From Octopus sinensis (Eukaryota), in the NCBI RefSeq assembly GCF_006345805.1, contig NC_043022.1:24862001-24926000 (forward strand): 64,000 nt of DNA. Reading direction: 5' to 3'. Made by a program: the position numbers and the translations under genes. This document shows positions 27,011 to 40,214 of this stretch, in pieces; position 1 is the stretch's first letter, and each line of letters starts with the position of its first letter. The notes beneath the pieces were generated by a model, which saw only the letters and a program-made list of their open reading frames with translations, was not told where the DNA came from and made no database searches.

Positions 27011-27159
27011 TTAACAAGAATGCCAGCAGCAGTGACAGCAAAAGCGATGACAATGAAGCAGCTTGTTTTTTTTTTTTTACTCGGTATCGCCCTCTGCAGT
27101 CAGATGGAGAAGAGCAGTCAAGTCTTCTCCCAACATCATGACGCATTTCCACCTTCTTA

Positions 27160-27400
27160 TTTCTTTACTGCCCTCAAGGGGGCTACACACAGAGAAGACA
27201 AACAAGGACAGACAAAGGGATATTAAGTCGATTATATCGACTCCATTGCATAACTGGTACTTAATTTATTGACCCCGAAAGGATGAAAGGCAAAGTTGAC
27301 CTCGGCGGAATTTGAACTCAGAACGTAACGGCAGACGAAATACGGCTACGCATTTCGCCGGGCGTGCTAACGTTTCCACCAGCTCGCTGCCTTCAAACCA
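27160..27400 (-). mobile_element. SINE family C with a 16-bp TSD
   Basis: CATTTCCACCTTCTTA at 27144-27159 and 27401-27416. Confidence 0.9.
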
Positions 27401-28413
27401 CATTTCCACCTTCTTAACAAACGAAAAGCGATGTTTGTGGCTGGAGCCTTTGGCCAAGTATACAGGCATTGATGCAGAGGATATTTTAAATTTGGTCTTT
27501 TCTGTAGACCCAACCGACGAGAACCTAGCGTATTCTGAAAGTTCCGAAACCCCAGTTGTAGGTTGCCTATTTCTCTGGCGTTCTTCCTAGAGGTAAGACG
27601 AAAATTTTTCTTTATATTCACCGCCCGCACGTATCTTTGCTTCTATACATTCAGTGAAGCTTTAACTAGTGTCAAACGGTTATCGACAGCTATTTCCAGC
27701 AAAAACTGGAACCTTGTTGTGCCACTATTCCCTATTTATAATTCTATTTTTAAGGTGCTTTATTTCGGTGGAAAATAATACTATTGTATTGTAATATCTA
27801 TAATATATATATATAAATATATATACATGATTACCAACTAAATGTGGCAGTCCCATAGAGGACAATGCTACTGTTGTTTATATATATATATATATATATA
27901 TAAGCATATATGTATGAATATGCATGTATACCTATGTAAGTATTATGTGTGTGCCTTTGTGTCTGAGCTTCCCCACCCCATTTGACAACTGGAGTTGGTG
28001 TGTTTATGTCCCCGTAACATTAGCGGGTCGGCAAGAGATCGATTGAATAAGTACCAGGCTTAAATAAAGTACTAGGATCGATTCATTGGACTAAAAATTC
28101 TTTAGGGTGATGCCCCAGCATGGCCACATTCTGATAATTGAAACAAGTAAAAGATAAAAGATGCATAATATATATATATATATATAGATTAGTCATAGGA
28201 CTCAATAGAATCTAGGTACACCAACAAGTATGACGCCAGAAATGGCTAGACACAATAACACTGAGCTCATAGTAAGGTAAAACAACAAAAATATGAAGTG
28301 TTTGTAGGATACTGTAAAATATGAAAGTACCAAAACCAACTTAAAACGTAGATCTGACTCAGGGTTGGTCCTAGGTGTGGGGTTAAACATAAAAAAGAGA
28401 ACACAAATGTAGT

Positions 28414-28458
<45 letters not shown>

Positions 28459-28459
28459 G

Positions 28460-28625
28460 GGAGAGTTCACGAAAAAGACAAAAGACGAAGGCAGGTGGTG
28501 TACAAAACAAACAGATGTATTAGTATAACGCTCAGGAATAGAAAAAGTCTTTTACGTTTCGAGCCTAAGCTCTTCTACAGAAGGGACACAGAAAAAACAA
28601 GGAGACAAAAAATGTGTGTAGTGAT
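28460..28625 (-). mobile_element. Penelope-like terminal-repeat fragment abutting (TA)n
   Basis: Same family as 15190-15320; the minus strand reads CTGTAGAAGAGC-TTAG-GCTCGAAACGT. Confidence 0.5.
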
Positions 28626-28641
28626 CTATCATGGCGACTGA

Positions 28642-28731
<90 letters not shown>

Positions 28732-29039
28732 CTTTGAGCTGTTTCATTTGCCCAAGGTCCCGTGCATTGCAACTGAACCCAAGGCCACACAGTTGGGAAG
28801 CAATCTTCTTAACCTCACAGCCACGGCTGTACCTACACGCACACACGCATGCACACACCAGCACGCGCGCACTCACACACAAACACACACACACACACAC
28901 AAACATGTAGTATATGAATTTATATGTATTCATACATGATGAGCCATTGCAGGCGAAACTTCGACATAGTTCCGTTAAATGAATAATGTATCTCTCTCTA
29001 TATATGATTTACACACACACACACGCACGCACACACACA

Positions 29040-29089
<50 letters not shown>

Positions 29090-29481
29090 ACATATGCACA
29101 CACATGTGGCTGTGTGTGTGTGTGTGTGTTTCAGTGCGTCAACAAACACATGCTCGCATAGAAACACAAACACAGTTATTGTGACACGAACGGTCTGCAA
29201 GATTTATTGCTGTTTAATGATTACTCTTCCAATATTCCATTAGAATTCGCTAATACTTGGACATATTCCAGTCTCTCAGAATGGTAATTAAAAGACACAA
29301 TTTCCAGAACAATCGAAATTGGCCTCCGTTCAATTATACCCCCGTCCGGCCTCTTTTCTTTCTTGTGTAGCGATGTTACGCCGGTGACACAGTTTCATGT
29401 ATAACGCCGATGTTACACCGATATCCAAATAGTCGTGGGTACTTATAAGGGTAGTGGTTGTGGTGTTGTCTTGTTTAAATA

Positions 29482-30139
29482 CCGTAAATTCTCGAGTATA
29501 GTCCACCCTTGAGTATAATACGCACGGGATTTTTAGGGGGCTGTACCTCTGAAAAACCTAAACCTTGTGTATAATACGCACCCCTTCTCTAATTTGAGTC
29601 AAGGAGGTATATATAACGTCCTTGGTTTGTAAAAATGTATACGATAACGTCCTTTATTATTATTGTTGTATATATGACATGATGCAAATGTGCAGCTTTT
29701 TTGTACATTTTGTTTGCAGAAAATAAAGAAATAACAGTAATAACGTTTAATAAATGTTGCTTATTGCAAGTTATGGATGATTCTTTTATGACTTCATTGC
29801 TTTCAAGCTTAGCTTATGGTATTTTCGCGCCCGACATCACAAAATGTGTCGGAATAAAATTCCGCCGAGGTTGACTTTACCTTACATCCTTTTGGGGTCG
29901 ATAAATTAAGTATCAGTTGCATACTGGGGTTGATCTAATCGACTGGCCCACTGCAAAAAATTTTCGGGCCAGGTGCCTAAAGTAGAAAAGAACATTAACA
30001 CTAATTGCCGGATAGCAAATAGAGACTCAGACATTGCTTAGAAAATAATTTTCATTTTTAACCTCGTATATAGTACGCACTAGGGATTTTGACCTTTAAA
30101 TTTTGGGGAAAAATGTGGATTATACTCGAGGATTTACGG
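29482..30139. mobile_element. Non-autonomous Tc1/pogo-like element with a SINE inserted at ~29855-30005
   Basis: 25-bp TIRs CCGTAAATTCTCGAGTATAGTCCAC / GTGGATTATACTCGAGGATTTACGG (2 mismatches); TA on both sides. Confidence 0.8.
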
Positions 30140-30271
30140 TATTAACTTGTGTAGCTTGAACTATGTAAAATGTTAGAGAAAGAAACCAAGCTGTTTCCTG
30201 CAATAAATACATCTAAGGCAAACCCTTTTCATGGACCCTTATATATACTAACATGGGTCACCAATTTACTA

Positions 30272-30490
30272 TTGGGTTGTCCGGAAACTTTTTGCCGATT
30301 CTTAAAGGAAAGAAAAATGTCAATAAATACTTGCCATTACATTTTTAATCAACCAAATATGAACCATTTTGTTGCACAATGCGTCTCCATCTTAACTTGA
30401 AAATACCCTCTTCCCAGAATTGAGGTGCCTAGGAGGGTAAGTCGAAAGGTAAGCTACTATAAATCGGCACATACTTTCCGGACATCCCCA
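30272..30490 (-). mobile_element. Mariner MITE, a shorter deletion derivative of the 39.7 kb family
   Basis: Degenerate TIR TTGGGTTGTCCGGAAA...GCCGAT at both ends; interior matches both ends of 39663-40214. Confidence 0.85.
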
Positions 30491-30744
30491 TTAAATATAC
30501 CACTCATGCAACACTAACAATACTCAGAGAAATACACTAATGGTACACCAATATTTGCGTTTAGGTTAACGTTAAAGTTATATTAATGTTACACTGTACT
30601 TACACTGATGCTTACAGTTAAGTGACACTATTTCGCTAATGTAACATTAGTACCACACTAATGTTGTGCTAATATTACACTATACTAACACAGCATTAAT
30701 GTTAACGCTGATATTGATTTCAAGCGACAAATATTGATTTCAAA

Positions 30745-31332
30745 ATGGTGGTGAGCTGGCAGAAGCGTTAGCACGCCGGGCGAAATGCTTAGCAGTATTT
30801 CGTCTGCCGTTACGTTCTGAGTTCAAATTCTGCCGAGGTCGACTTTGCCTTTCATCCTTTCGGGGTTGATTAAATAAGTACCAATTACTGGGGTCAATAT
30901 ATTCGACTTAATCCGTCTGTCTGTCCTTGTTTGTCCTCTGTGTATTTAGTCCCTTGAGGGTAGTAAAGAAATAGGTATTTTGTCTGTCTTTACATCCTAA
31001 GTTCAAATTCCGCCTAGGTCAACTTTGCCTTTCATTCTTTCGGGGTCGATTAAATAAGTACCAGTTACTGGGGTCGATATATTCAACTTAATCCGTCTGT
31101 CTGTCCTTGTTTGTCCACTCTGTATTTAGTCCCTTGTGGGTAGTAAAGAAATAGGTATTTCATCTGCCGTTACGTTCTGAGTTCAAATTCCGCAGAGGTT
31201 GACTTTACCTTACATGCTTTTGGGGTCGATAAATTAAGTATCAGTTGCATACTGGGGTCGATCTAATCGACTGGCCCACTGCAAAAAATTTTCGGGCCAG
31301 GTGCCTAAAGTAGAAAAGAACATTAACACTAA
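30745..31332 (+). mobile_element. SINE family C tandem (3 units)
   Basis: Head GGTGGTGAGCTGGCAGAAGCGTTAGCACG; GTAAAGAAATAGGTATTT junctions at about 30965 and 31145. Confidence 0.8.
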
Positions 31333-31604
31333 TATTCTTTGAAATTTTAGCACAAGGCCAGCAGTTTTGAGTGGATGTTGAAGTCGATAACACCAACCCT
31401 GGTACTGAGCTGGTGTTTATTTTATCGACTCTGAAAGGATGAAAGACAAAGCTGACCTTGCCGAAATTTGAACTTAGAACATAAAGACAGTCTAAATGTC
31501 ACAAAGCATTTTGTCCAGTGTGCTAACGTTTCTGCCATTCCATCTCCTTAATAATTCTTCCTAATTTTGGCACAAAGCCCAAAATTTGAGTGAGGGCAAG
31601 GCGA

Positions 31605-31797
31605 TTAATAATAATAATAATAATAATAATAATGATATTGATGATGATGATGATAATGATGATGATGATAATAATAATAATAATAATGATGATAATGATA
31701 ATAACAATAATAATAATAATGATAATAATAATAATAATAATAATAATTACAATTATGATGATGATGATGTCGATGATAATGATGATTTCTTTTACAA

Positions 31798-31838
<41 letters not shown>

Positions 31839-31844
31839 TTAATG

Positions 31845-31889
<45 letters not shown>

Positions 31890-31910
31890 TTAATGATAAT
31901 AATAATATTT
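31605..31910. repeat. (AAT)n/(GAT)n microsatellite
   Basis: Direct inspection. Confidence 0.9.
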
Positions 31911-32284
31911 GACTTAACTTAATTTGCAACATTTTCGATAATCTAAGACTGGAGAAGGATTTTAATTCAAATCTTTTCGTTTTTATGTCTACCATTGTCA
32001 CGACTTAAGTAAGCAAACAAAACCACCAAGTGAATAATAATTTTTTTTTATCGTCTGCTAATAGAATATCACTTTCAGGGTATTTGACGGATGGAAAAAA
32101 AAATGAATGAAAAATATGTAATAATACCCGAGGTACATTATCTAATCGTTATCTATGAATAATATTGAGTTTCCTCGAATGATATCGATTATCAATTTGT
32201 ATAACATTCACTGATTATATTGTCTGAGAGCATATCAATCATTCAGAGGCGCAATATAAAGACTCTCTCAGATGTGTCTGTGTG

Positions 32285-32316
<32 letters not shown>

Positions 32317-32563
32317 AACCTATGTTAAGAAACGGTGACGAGTGAGAATTCTGTAAAATATAATTATAAACTTATGCGTATAAGTGTTCACCGTATACCG
32401 GTTATAGAAACAGTCTGATATTAGGGCATATAAACCTCCGACGGAAATAAATGGTTAAGTACGCGTGGGAATCGAACCCACACATCTTATTTTCGCGATA
32501 AATGTTATATCTATCTATCTATCTATCTATCTATATCTATATATATATATATATATATATATA

Positions 32564-32830
32564 TAGCCTCGCCTGGCCCCCGTGCCAGTGGCACGTAAAA
32601 GCACCATCTGTTCGTGGCCGTTTGCCAGCTCCATGTGACACCTGTGTGGGTGGCACGCAAATGGCACTCACTACACTCACGGAGTGGTTGGCGTTAGGAG
32701 GGGCATCCAGCCGTAGAAACACTGCCAGATCAGACTGGGCCTGATGCGGCCTTCCGGCTTCACAGACCCCAGTTGAACCGTCCAACCCATGCTAGCATGG
32801 AAAGCGGATGCTAAATGATGATGATGATGA
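32564..32830 (+). mobile_element. 5'-truncated SINE or RTE-tail element ending in (ATG)n
   Basis: GTTGGCGTTAGGAGGGGCATCCAGCCGTAGAAAC...CCAACCCATGCTAGCATGGAAAGCGGATGCTAAATGATGATG. Confidence 0.65.
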
Positions 32831-33200
32831 CATATATACATACATTATATATATAAGTATATATGTATATATACATATGTATATATAAATATATATGTAT
32901 ATATATAAATATATAAGTATATATACATATATATATATGTATATATATATATACATATATATATGTATATATATGTGTATATATACTATATATATAAATA
33001 TATATGTATATATATACATATATATATGTATATATATATAACATATATACAATATATGTATATATATATATACACATATATACATATATGTATATATATA
33101 TACATATATAATGTATAATAATATGTTGTAATATATATATATGTATATATATATGTATATATATATGTATTATATATAAATATATATATAAATATGTATA

Positions 33201-33246
<46 letters not shown>

Positions 33247-33360
33247 TATATATATGTATATATATGTATATATATATATGTATATATATATGTATATATA
33301 TGTATATATATATGTATTATATTATGTATATATTATATAATATACATATATATATATAAG

Positions 33361-33950
33361 AGGCATTGGTATCCAGAAGACCCAGGTGGCAGGTAAGGCT
33401 ATATAAGTGCTATAGAAGGACCGTAGTTAAACTCTCGGTTCAATAATAAAACGTGTGAGGGGTCTAATACGGGTCTTGTATGAACATGTATATGTTAAAT
33501 AAAATTATAACAATGTCAAGGCTGTGAGGAATTTTCAGGATATTTATAACGAGAAAGTTAGTCTTAAAGCTGTTTCTGGGATACTAAGGATATCTCTTCA
33601 TCAGAGACTATGTGAGATGGTTACATAGAGGGAAATAGCAGAGTTCAATAAAAGGAGTTTTTCTGAAAAAAGATGGAAATAAGAAGTATAAAGGGAAATA
33701 AGAGAATAAAAGTAAAAATAAAAATATATGTAGGATGTTATAGTTGCAGTTCCATTATCCGAGGAAAGTGGTGTGTAGGAGTGGTAGAGATGCTTCTTGT
33801 CCATGGTATGTAAATTCCGATAGGAGTTCATATTTTGTCATTACAAATAGAAAGTGTGGAGATGTAAATTCCATGTGCTGTTCATTCAAAGGGGTCTTGT
33901 GGTGTGAATTAAATTTTGAGAATGTATTGGTGCTAGTAAGTTGATAGAAG
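33361..33950 (-). mobile_element. Possible heavily decayed Penelope element
   Basis: Minus-strand FYY*TESLTTVLL*HL resembles GIY-YIG YIG.T.RSL..RL.EHL, and LCNHLT*SLMKRYP resembles the RT thumb. Weak. Confidence 0.3.
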
Positions 33951-34148
33951 GGAGAGAAAAGATGTGTATGTTAAAATGAAAAGAATGGTTAAAGGGAATC
34001 AGCAAGGAAAGAAAGAAAGAAAGAAAGAAGAGAAAATGAAAAGGAGTGAAAGTTGGTGGTCAAGATATCATGAGGGGTATGGATAGGAAGAGAAAGGCCG
34101 AAAAGAGTGCAGAAGTTGGTCCTAGTTAACTACGAATCGATAGCCACC

Positions 34149-34195
<47 letters not shown>

Positions 34196-34519
34196 CCATT
34201 AAGCAGTTTCGTTTCAAGATTTCTTGCCAATAGCGAAAGAGCCGGTTTCTAACCTAGATCCAAGGCTCCTTCACTGAAATTTCAACAACATCAACAGGGT
34301 GTTTTTGGATGTATGTGTGTACATGTGCAGTATTTGGAGTCAATGCATGTGCAGTTTCATATGTCTTGTTTTAAGTATGTATTCCATGCATATAGTTATA
34401 TGTCAAGACATATGCATATATTCTTAAAAGGTAAACTTTTGGAAAGTTTTGCAGATTTTTACAGTTGCAGTGATGGCTTGAATCTGTAATCTTTTAATAA
34501 AGCTTCTCCTTTCTGGTGT

Positions 34520-35089
34520 GGAAAATATACATATGTATGTATGTATGTATGTGTGTATGTATGTGTGTGTGTATGTATGTGTGTGTATGCATCCATGTAT
34601 TATGTGTGTGTATGTATGCATGCATGTGTGTATGTATGCATGCATGTATGTGTGTATGTATGCATGCATGTGTGTATGTATGCATGCATGTGTGTATGTA
34701 TGTATGTATGTATGTATGTATGTATGTATGTATGTATGTATGTATGTATGTATGTATGTATGTATGTATGTATGTATGTATGTATGTATGCATGCATGCA
34801 TGCATGCATGTATCTATGTATCTATGTATGTAATAGCATCTGGATAATAAACTTATTGCATGCTTTGCAAAGCTCCTCAACGGATGTCTGCTACCATATG
34901 TTATCATACTAAAAGAATTCTTTCATTGGATATTCATGTGGAGATCCACTAATATCCGCGGAACGTATGATACATACACATATTTATGTGTGTGTGTGTG
35001 TGTGTATTCTATATATGTAGATACGTAGGCATGTACTTTTGTACGTATGTATGTATGTATGTATGTATGTATGTATGTATGTATGCATG

Positions 35090-35124
<35 letters not shown>

Positions 35125-36040
35125 ATATATATATAATATATATATATAAGTATGTATTTATATGTAGTAGGCTGGTAGGCACGTAAGTATGTGTAAGCAT
35201 ATATGTAAGAATGTATATGTGTGTATATACATAAGTATGTATATGTATGCAAGTATGCATGTAATTAGGTGTGTATAAATATAAGTATATATGTATGCAA
35301 TTAAGTATTTATATAGGTGTGTATGTATGTTTGCATATACGTATGCAAATAAATGTGCATGTATGCATGCACGTATGTATGTATGTATGTATGTATGCAT
35401 GTATGCATGCATGTATGTGTGTGTGTGTGTATGTATGTGTGTGTGTGTGTGTAGATATACATATCTGTGTGTAGATATACGTGTGTATGTGTATGCATGT
35501 ATACTTAATGAGAAAGATGACGGCGATGTTGGTAATGATAAGAGAGGTGGTGGTGGTGGTGGTGGTGGTAAAGGTGGTGGCGGTGGTGACAACGGCTACG
35601 GTTGGCAGTGGTGGGGATGGTGGTAGTAATGGTGACGGTGGAACAAACAGTCGGATATTGAAAGGCTTCTGCAATAATACAGCAATTCCATGAATATCTG
35701 ACTTCTTTCAGAATTCTTCCATTCGCGCTTGAGTTTGGTCTCTGAGAAACGAAGATTAATTTTTTTTTGTTAACCCTCCTTCCACATAGAATTACCTCCC
35801 CTTGTGCAAATACAGTTAACGTTGAATATTTGATAGTGTCAGCAAAGAGAGGAAGAATGGATGAGGCAGAGATGGAGAGAAAGAAAAGAGGAAGACGCCG
35901 TGAAAGACAGTGGAAGAGAGAGATGGAGAGAGAGGATGGAATGGATAGAGAGATAGATAAATTGATAAATAGATAGATATAGGTACATAAGCAGATATAT
36001 AGAGAGATGGGAAGCGATAGAGATAGATAGATAGATAGAT

Positions 36041-36100
<60 letters not shown>

Positions 36101-36201
36101 GTAGATAGATAGATAGATGATGGATGGATGGATAGAGAGATAGATAAATTGATAAATAGATAGATAAAGTTATAGAATAAGATATATAAAGAGATGGCGA
36201 G

Positions 36202-36259
<58 letters not shown>

Positions 36260-36370
36260 CTAGATAGATAGATAGATAAATAGGTAGATAGATGGACAGA
36301 TAGATAGATAGATAGACAGACAGAAGACAGACAGACAGACAAATAGATAGATAGATAGAAAAAGTGTGTG
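34520..36370. repeat. (TGTA)n, (GGT)n and (GATA)n microsatellite field
   Basis: Direct inspection. Confidence 0.9.
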
Positions 36371-37191
36371 TGTGAGAAAGGGAGAGAGGTTGGCAGACAG
36401 AGAGAAATAATGAAACTTGTTGACAGAGGCAGAACCAAAATTACAAAAGAGAAAATTTGAGAAGTTGGAGAGAAGGGAGAAGGAAAAGAGAGTGAGAGAG
36501 AGAGAGAGAAAGAGAAAGAGAAAGGAAGCGAGGCAGTGAGAAGGAGAGGAGAAAGAGAGATTAAAGGTTAGAAGAGGAGGAGAGGGCATGGGAGGAAGTT
36601 CCAACCTATTTCACAGACAAATAAATATGAGAATCATTGATATTAGTCGGTAGTAATTTGTATCTTCGAGAATCCTAAGGCACTATCTGGTTAAATACTG
36701 TGTGTGTGTGTGTGTGTGAGCGTAGATAGATATTTGTATACACACACATATATACATGCATATATATATATATATGGATGTATGTATGTATATATATATA
36801 CACACACAAATAATTATACATAAATATATATAAAACATGTACATTATATATATATATATATACATAGATGTGTGTGTATATTATGTATATGTATATACAC
36901 ACATTGATAGATATATGTACACAGACACACATATAAAAATAAATATCTATACGGTTATTCTCTTACTTGATTCAGTCATTTGACTACGGCCTTGCTGGAG
37001 CACCGCCTTACAGGATTTTTTAGTCGATTATAACGACCCAGTGCGTAACTGGTACTTAATTTATCGACCCTGAAAGGATGAAAGGCAAAGACGACCTCGG
37101 CGAAATTTGAACTAAGAACGTAACGGCAAACGAAATACCACTAAGCATTTCGCCCGGCGTGCTAAGAATTCTGGCAGCTAAGAATTCTGGC

Positions 37192-37606
37192 AGGAGTGGC
37201 TGTGGGTTAAGTAGCTTGTTTACCAACCACATGGTTCCGGGTTCAGTTCCACTGCGTGACACCTTGGGCAAGTGTCTTCTACTATAGCCTCAGGCCGACC
37301 AAAGCCTTATGAGTGGATTTGGTAGACAGAAACTGAAAGAAGCCCGTCGTATATATGTATATATATATATATATATATGTATGTGTATATGTTTGTGTGT
37401 CTGTGTTTGTCCCCCTAGCATTTTTTGATAACTGCTTGATAACTGATGCTGGTGTGTTTATGTCCGCGATACTTAGCGGTTCAGCAAGAGAGACCGATAG
37501 AATAAGTACTGGGCTTACAAAAGAATAAGTCCCGGGGTCGAGTTGCTCGAGTAAAGGCGGTGCTCCAGCATGGCCGCAGTCAAATGACTGAAACAAGTAA
37601 AAGAGT
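37192..37606 (+). mobile_element. SINE family B, full length
   Basis: Head, (TA/TG)n and tail. Confidence 0.85.
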
Positions 37607-37779
37607 ATATATTCCGAATGCCAGTAACACTTGCAAACTATTCCAGTGGCAGCTACACATGGACTGTGATGCCTCTACTGTGGCCGACAATCCACGTGTA
37701 TCCTCATGGCAAAGCACAGAAACATTACAGTTTAATAGGATCGCCCGTTGCAATGAAATATAACGTTAATAAGCATATA

Positions 37780-38198
37780 CCTATTTCTTTACTACCCACA
37801 AGGGGCTAAACATAGAGAGGACAAACAAGGACAGACATACGGATTAAGTCGATTAAATCAACCCCAGTGCATAACTGGTCCTTAATTTATCGACCCCGAA
37901 AGGATGAAAGGCAAAGTCGACCTCGGCGGAATTTGAACTCAGAATGTAGTGGCAGACGAAATACCTTTTTCTTTACTACCCACAAGGGGCTAAACATAGA
38001 GAGGACAAACAAGGACAGACACATGGATTAAGTCAATTATATCGATCGCAGTGCATAACTGGTACTTAATTTATTGATCCCGAAAGGATGAAAGGCAAAG
38101 TCGACCTCGGCAGAATTTGAACTCAGAATGTAACGGCAGACGAAATACGGCTACGCATTTCGCCCGGCGTGCTAACGTTTCTGCCAGCTAGCCACCTT
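37780..38198 (-). mobile_element. SINE family C tandem (2 units)
   Basis: TTTCTTTACTACCCACAAGGGG at about 37783 and 37968; head at about 38170-38198. Confidence 0.8.
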
Positions 38199-39040
38199 TA
38201 ACCATTTACTATATCTTATTTCTTTATTGCCCATGTTAATAAGAATATACCGTGCTTTGAATATTTATTCTTTATACATTCTGGCAGATTTGAACGTGGA
38301 TATGCTAATCACTGTTGTATTCATTTCAAGAGAACAACGTCTCCTTTTCTATGAATATATATTCATAAGATACTCGATTCATTAATACAAGGGATTCTGG
38401 GACACCAGTGCTACGACATGTTGCGTCTCGTTAATTAGGAATATCCGACCGATGTACTTGTTTACAATTGCAGTTTGTTCGCTGATCTGGACTGACACCG
38501 GCCAATCGTCGGACACAACAATAGCATATCTAAGTTCGAATCTGCTGGAAATATATTGATTTCAAATTTTAGCACAAGGCCAGTAATTTCATGGGGAGGA
38601 GATAAGTTGATTATATTGACTCCAGTGCTCAACCGGTACTTACTTTATTGACCCTGAAAGGATGAAAGGCAAAGTTGACCTCGGTGGAATTTGAACTCAG
38701 ATCGTAAAGACGGACGAAATGCCGCTAAGCATTTTGTTGGAGCATATCAAGAATAAATATACAAGCCGTTGTGTTGAATCTCACTCTTCACTGTACATAA
38801 GGTGAGACACACAAATACGAAAGAAGAAAGCAAAGGACCACTGATGCAGTCACAGGAGTGTGATGAAAGAACTCTGGCCGAAATAAGATTAATGTAAAAA
38901 CTAAATAACACTGAAGCAAAGTAACACCAAATATATAGTGCGTGTGTTTTTATTGGCTAAACTGGCAAAATGACCATTCCTAAATACAACAATATATCTC
39001 TTGTTATATTTAATTTATTTTTTTACCTTTTCCCCCACAG

Positions 39041-39174
39041 ATGGCAATGGTACACAGTCGATGTGTAACCGTCATTGCTACAGGCATAATTCACAGAGCA
39101 AATATTTGCAAACTGAAAATTGTACAGACCACTTTCTACCTCTACCACTCTGTCAAAACCAGACGACAGCATAA
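39041..39174 (+). CDS. Candidate terminal exon, Cys-rich (xGNGTQSMCNRHCYRHNSQSKYLQTENCTDHFLPLPLCQNQTTA*); loosely like a C-type-lectin C-terminus
   Basis: Strong acceptor TTTTTTTACCTTTTCCCCCACAG. Against the paralog at 44665, 3 of 4 substitutions are synonymous in this frame. The lectin resemblance is inference only. Confidence 0.4.
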
Positions 39175-39568
39175 ATCTAGCTAATTTAAAATCTGATACA
39201 CTTTGTAGAGTAAGTCCACCGCTCAGCCTCTTAGCCTTAAACTATAGTCTCTCTCTCTCTCCATTTATTTATTGGTCACAATTTATTATAATTTTAATTT
39301 AATACCGTGTCGAAAGGCCAGCAGAAAGCAAATTGTTAGTCGAAAATTGTAAAGGTAACACTTTGTTCTCCATAGAAAAAAAAGTAAAAAAGAAGAGCTA
39401 TTTATAAAAGTTTTAATTAGATTAATAAAGATCAACTTGAGCCTGCTTTACAAGTGTATTATCTGGTAAATGCAATTTCATTCATTGGTTGTTATTGTTT
39501 ATTATATATATTTTACGTTTTGTTGTAATTTGAAAATATTTGTGTGTGCACGTGTGTGTTCCTCTGTC

Positions 39569-39604
<36 letters not shown>

Positions 39605-39662
39605 CATGCATGAATGTAAGTATGTATCTGTGAAATTGACGGTTGATGTTTTAAAGATTGTA

Positions 39663-40214
39663 TTGGGTTGTCCGGAAAGTTCGTGCCGATTTTTAAAGGA
39701 AAAAAAAAAGGTTAATAAATACTTGCCATTACATTTTTAATCAACCAAATATGAACCATTTTGTTACACAATGCATCTCCATCTTTCCTTTAACTTGAAA
39801 ATACCCTCTTCCCAGAAGTGAGGTGGTTTCATGGCAAAGAATTCATCAAGGTATCTTTTTATGTCATCCAAGGAATTGAGATTTTTACCATTAAGACTAT
39901 TCTGCAGAGACCTGAATAAGTGGAAATCCGAAGGAGCAATATCTGGTGAATTTGGAGGTTGGGGTAACACATCCCAGCCGAGCTGCAGCAACTTTTGTTT
40001 GGTTCCCAAAGCATCAAGTGCCGAAAATGAACTTTCTTATCTTCCATTTTATAACACAGGTTATAGGAACATAAATCTTCTTCCACGAAAAGATAGCTTA
40101 AACTGGCTCTAAATGGAGGTGTAGTCAAATCCTACTTTATGAACTCAACTATGTTCTAAAATAAGTCGAAATGTAAGCTACTATAAATCGGCACGAACTT
40201 TCCGGACAACCCAA
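39663..40214 (-). mobile_element. Internally deleted mariner (D,D34D family) element, 552 bp
   Basis: Perfect 30-bp TIRs TTGGGTTGTCCGGAAAGTTCGTGCCGATTT and TA TSDs. Peptide LGWDVLPQPPNSPDIAPSDFHLFRSLQNSL is the canonical YSPDLAPSD region, fused to the N-terminal MEDKKVHFRHLMLW. Confidence 0.95.

Noticed and set aside
27560-27590. Possible 31-nt microexon ending in a strong donor (GAG|GTAAGA)
   Set aside because: The acceptor is mediocre, the peptide is unrecognisable and there is no second line of evidence.
29371-29448. Exon candidate after a strong acceptor (RCYAGDTVSCITPMLHRYPNSRGYL*)
   Set aside because: There is no homologue or convincing donor, and the internal CGATGTTAC repeats suggest a repeat origin.
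32450-32500. tRNA-like T-arm (GGGTTCGATTCCCAC) on the minus strand
   Set aside because: No D arm, anticodon arm or acceptor stem; more likely a SINE head remnant. All other tRNA-like strings in the window are SINE heads.
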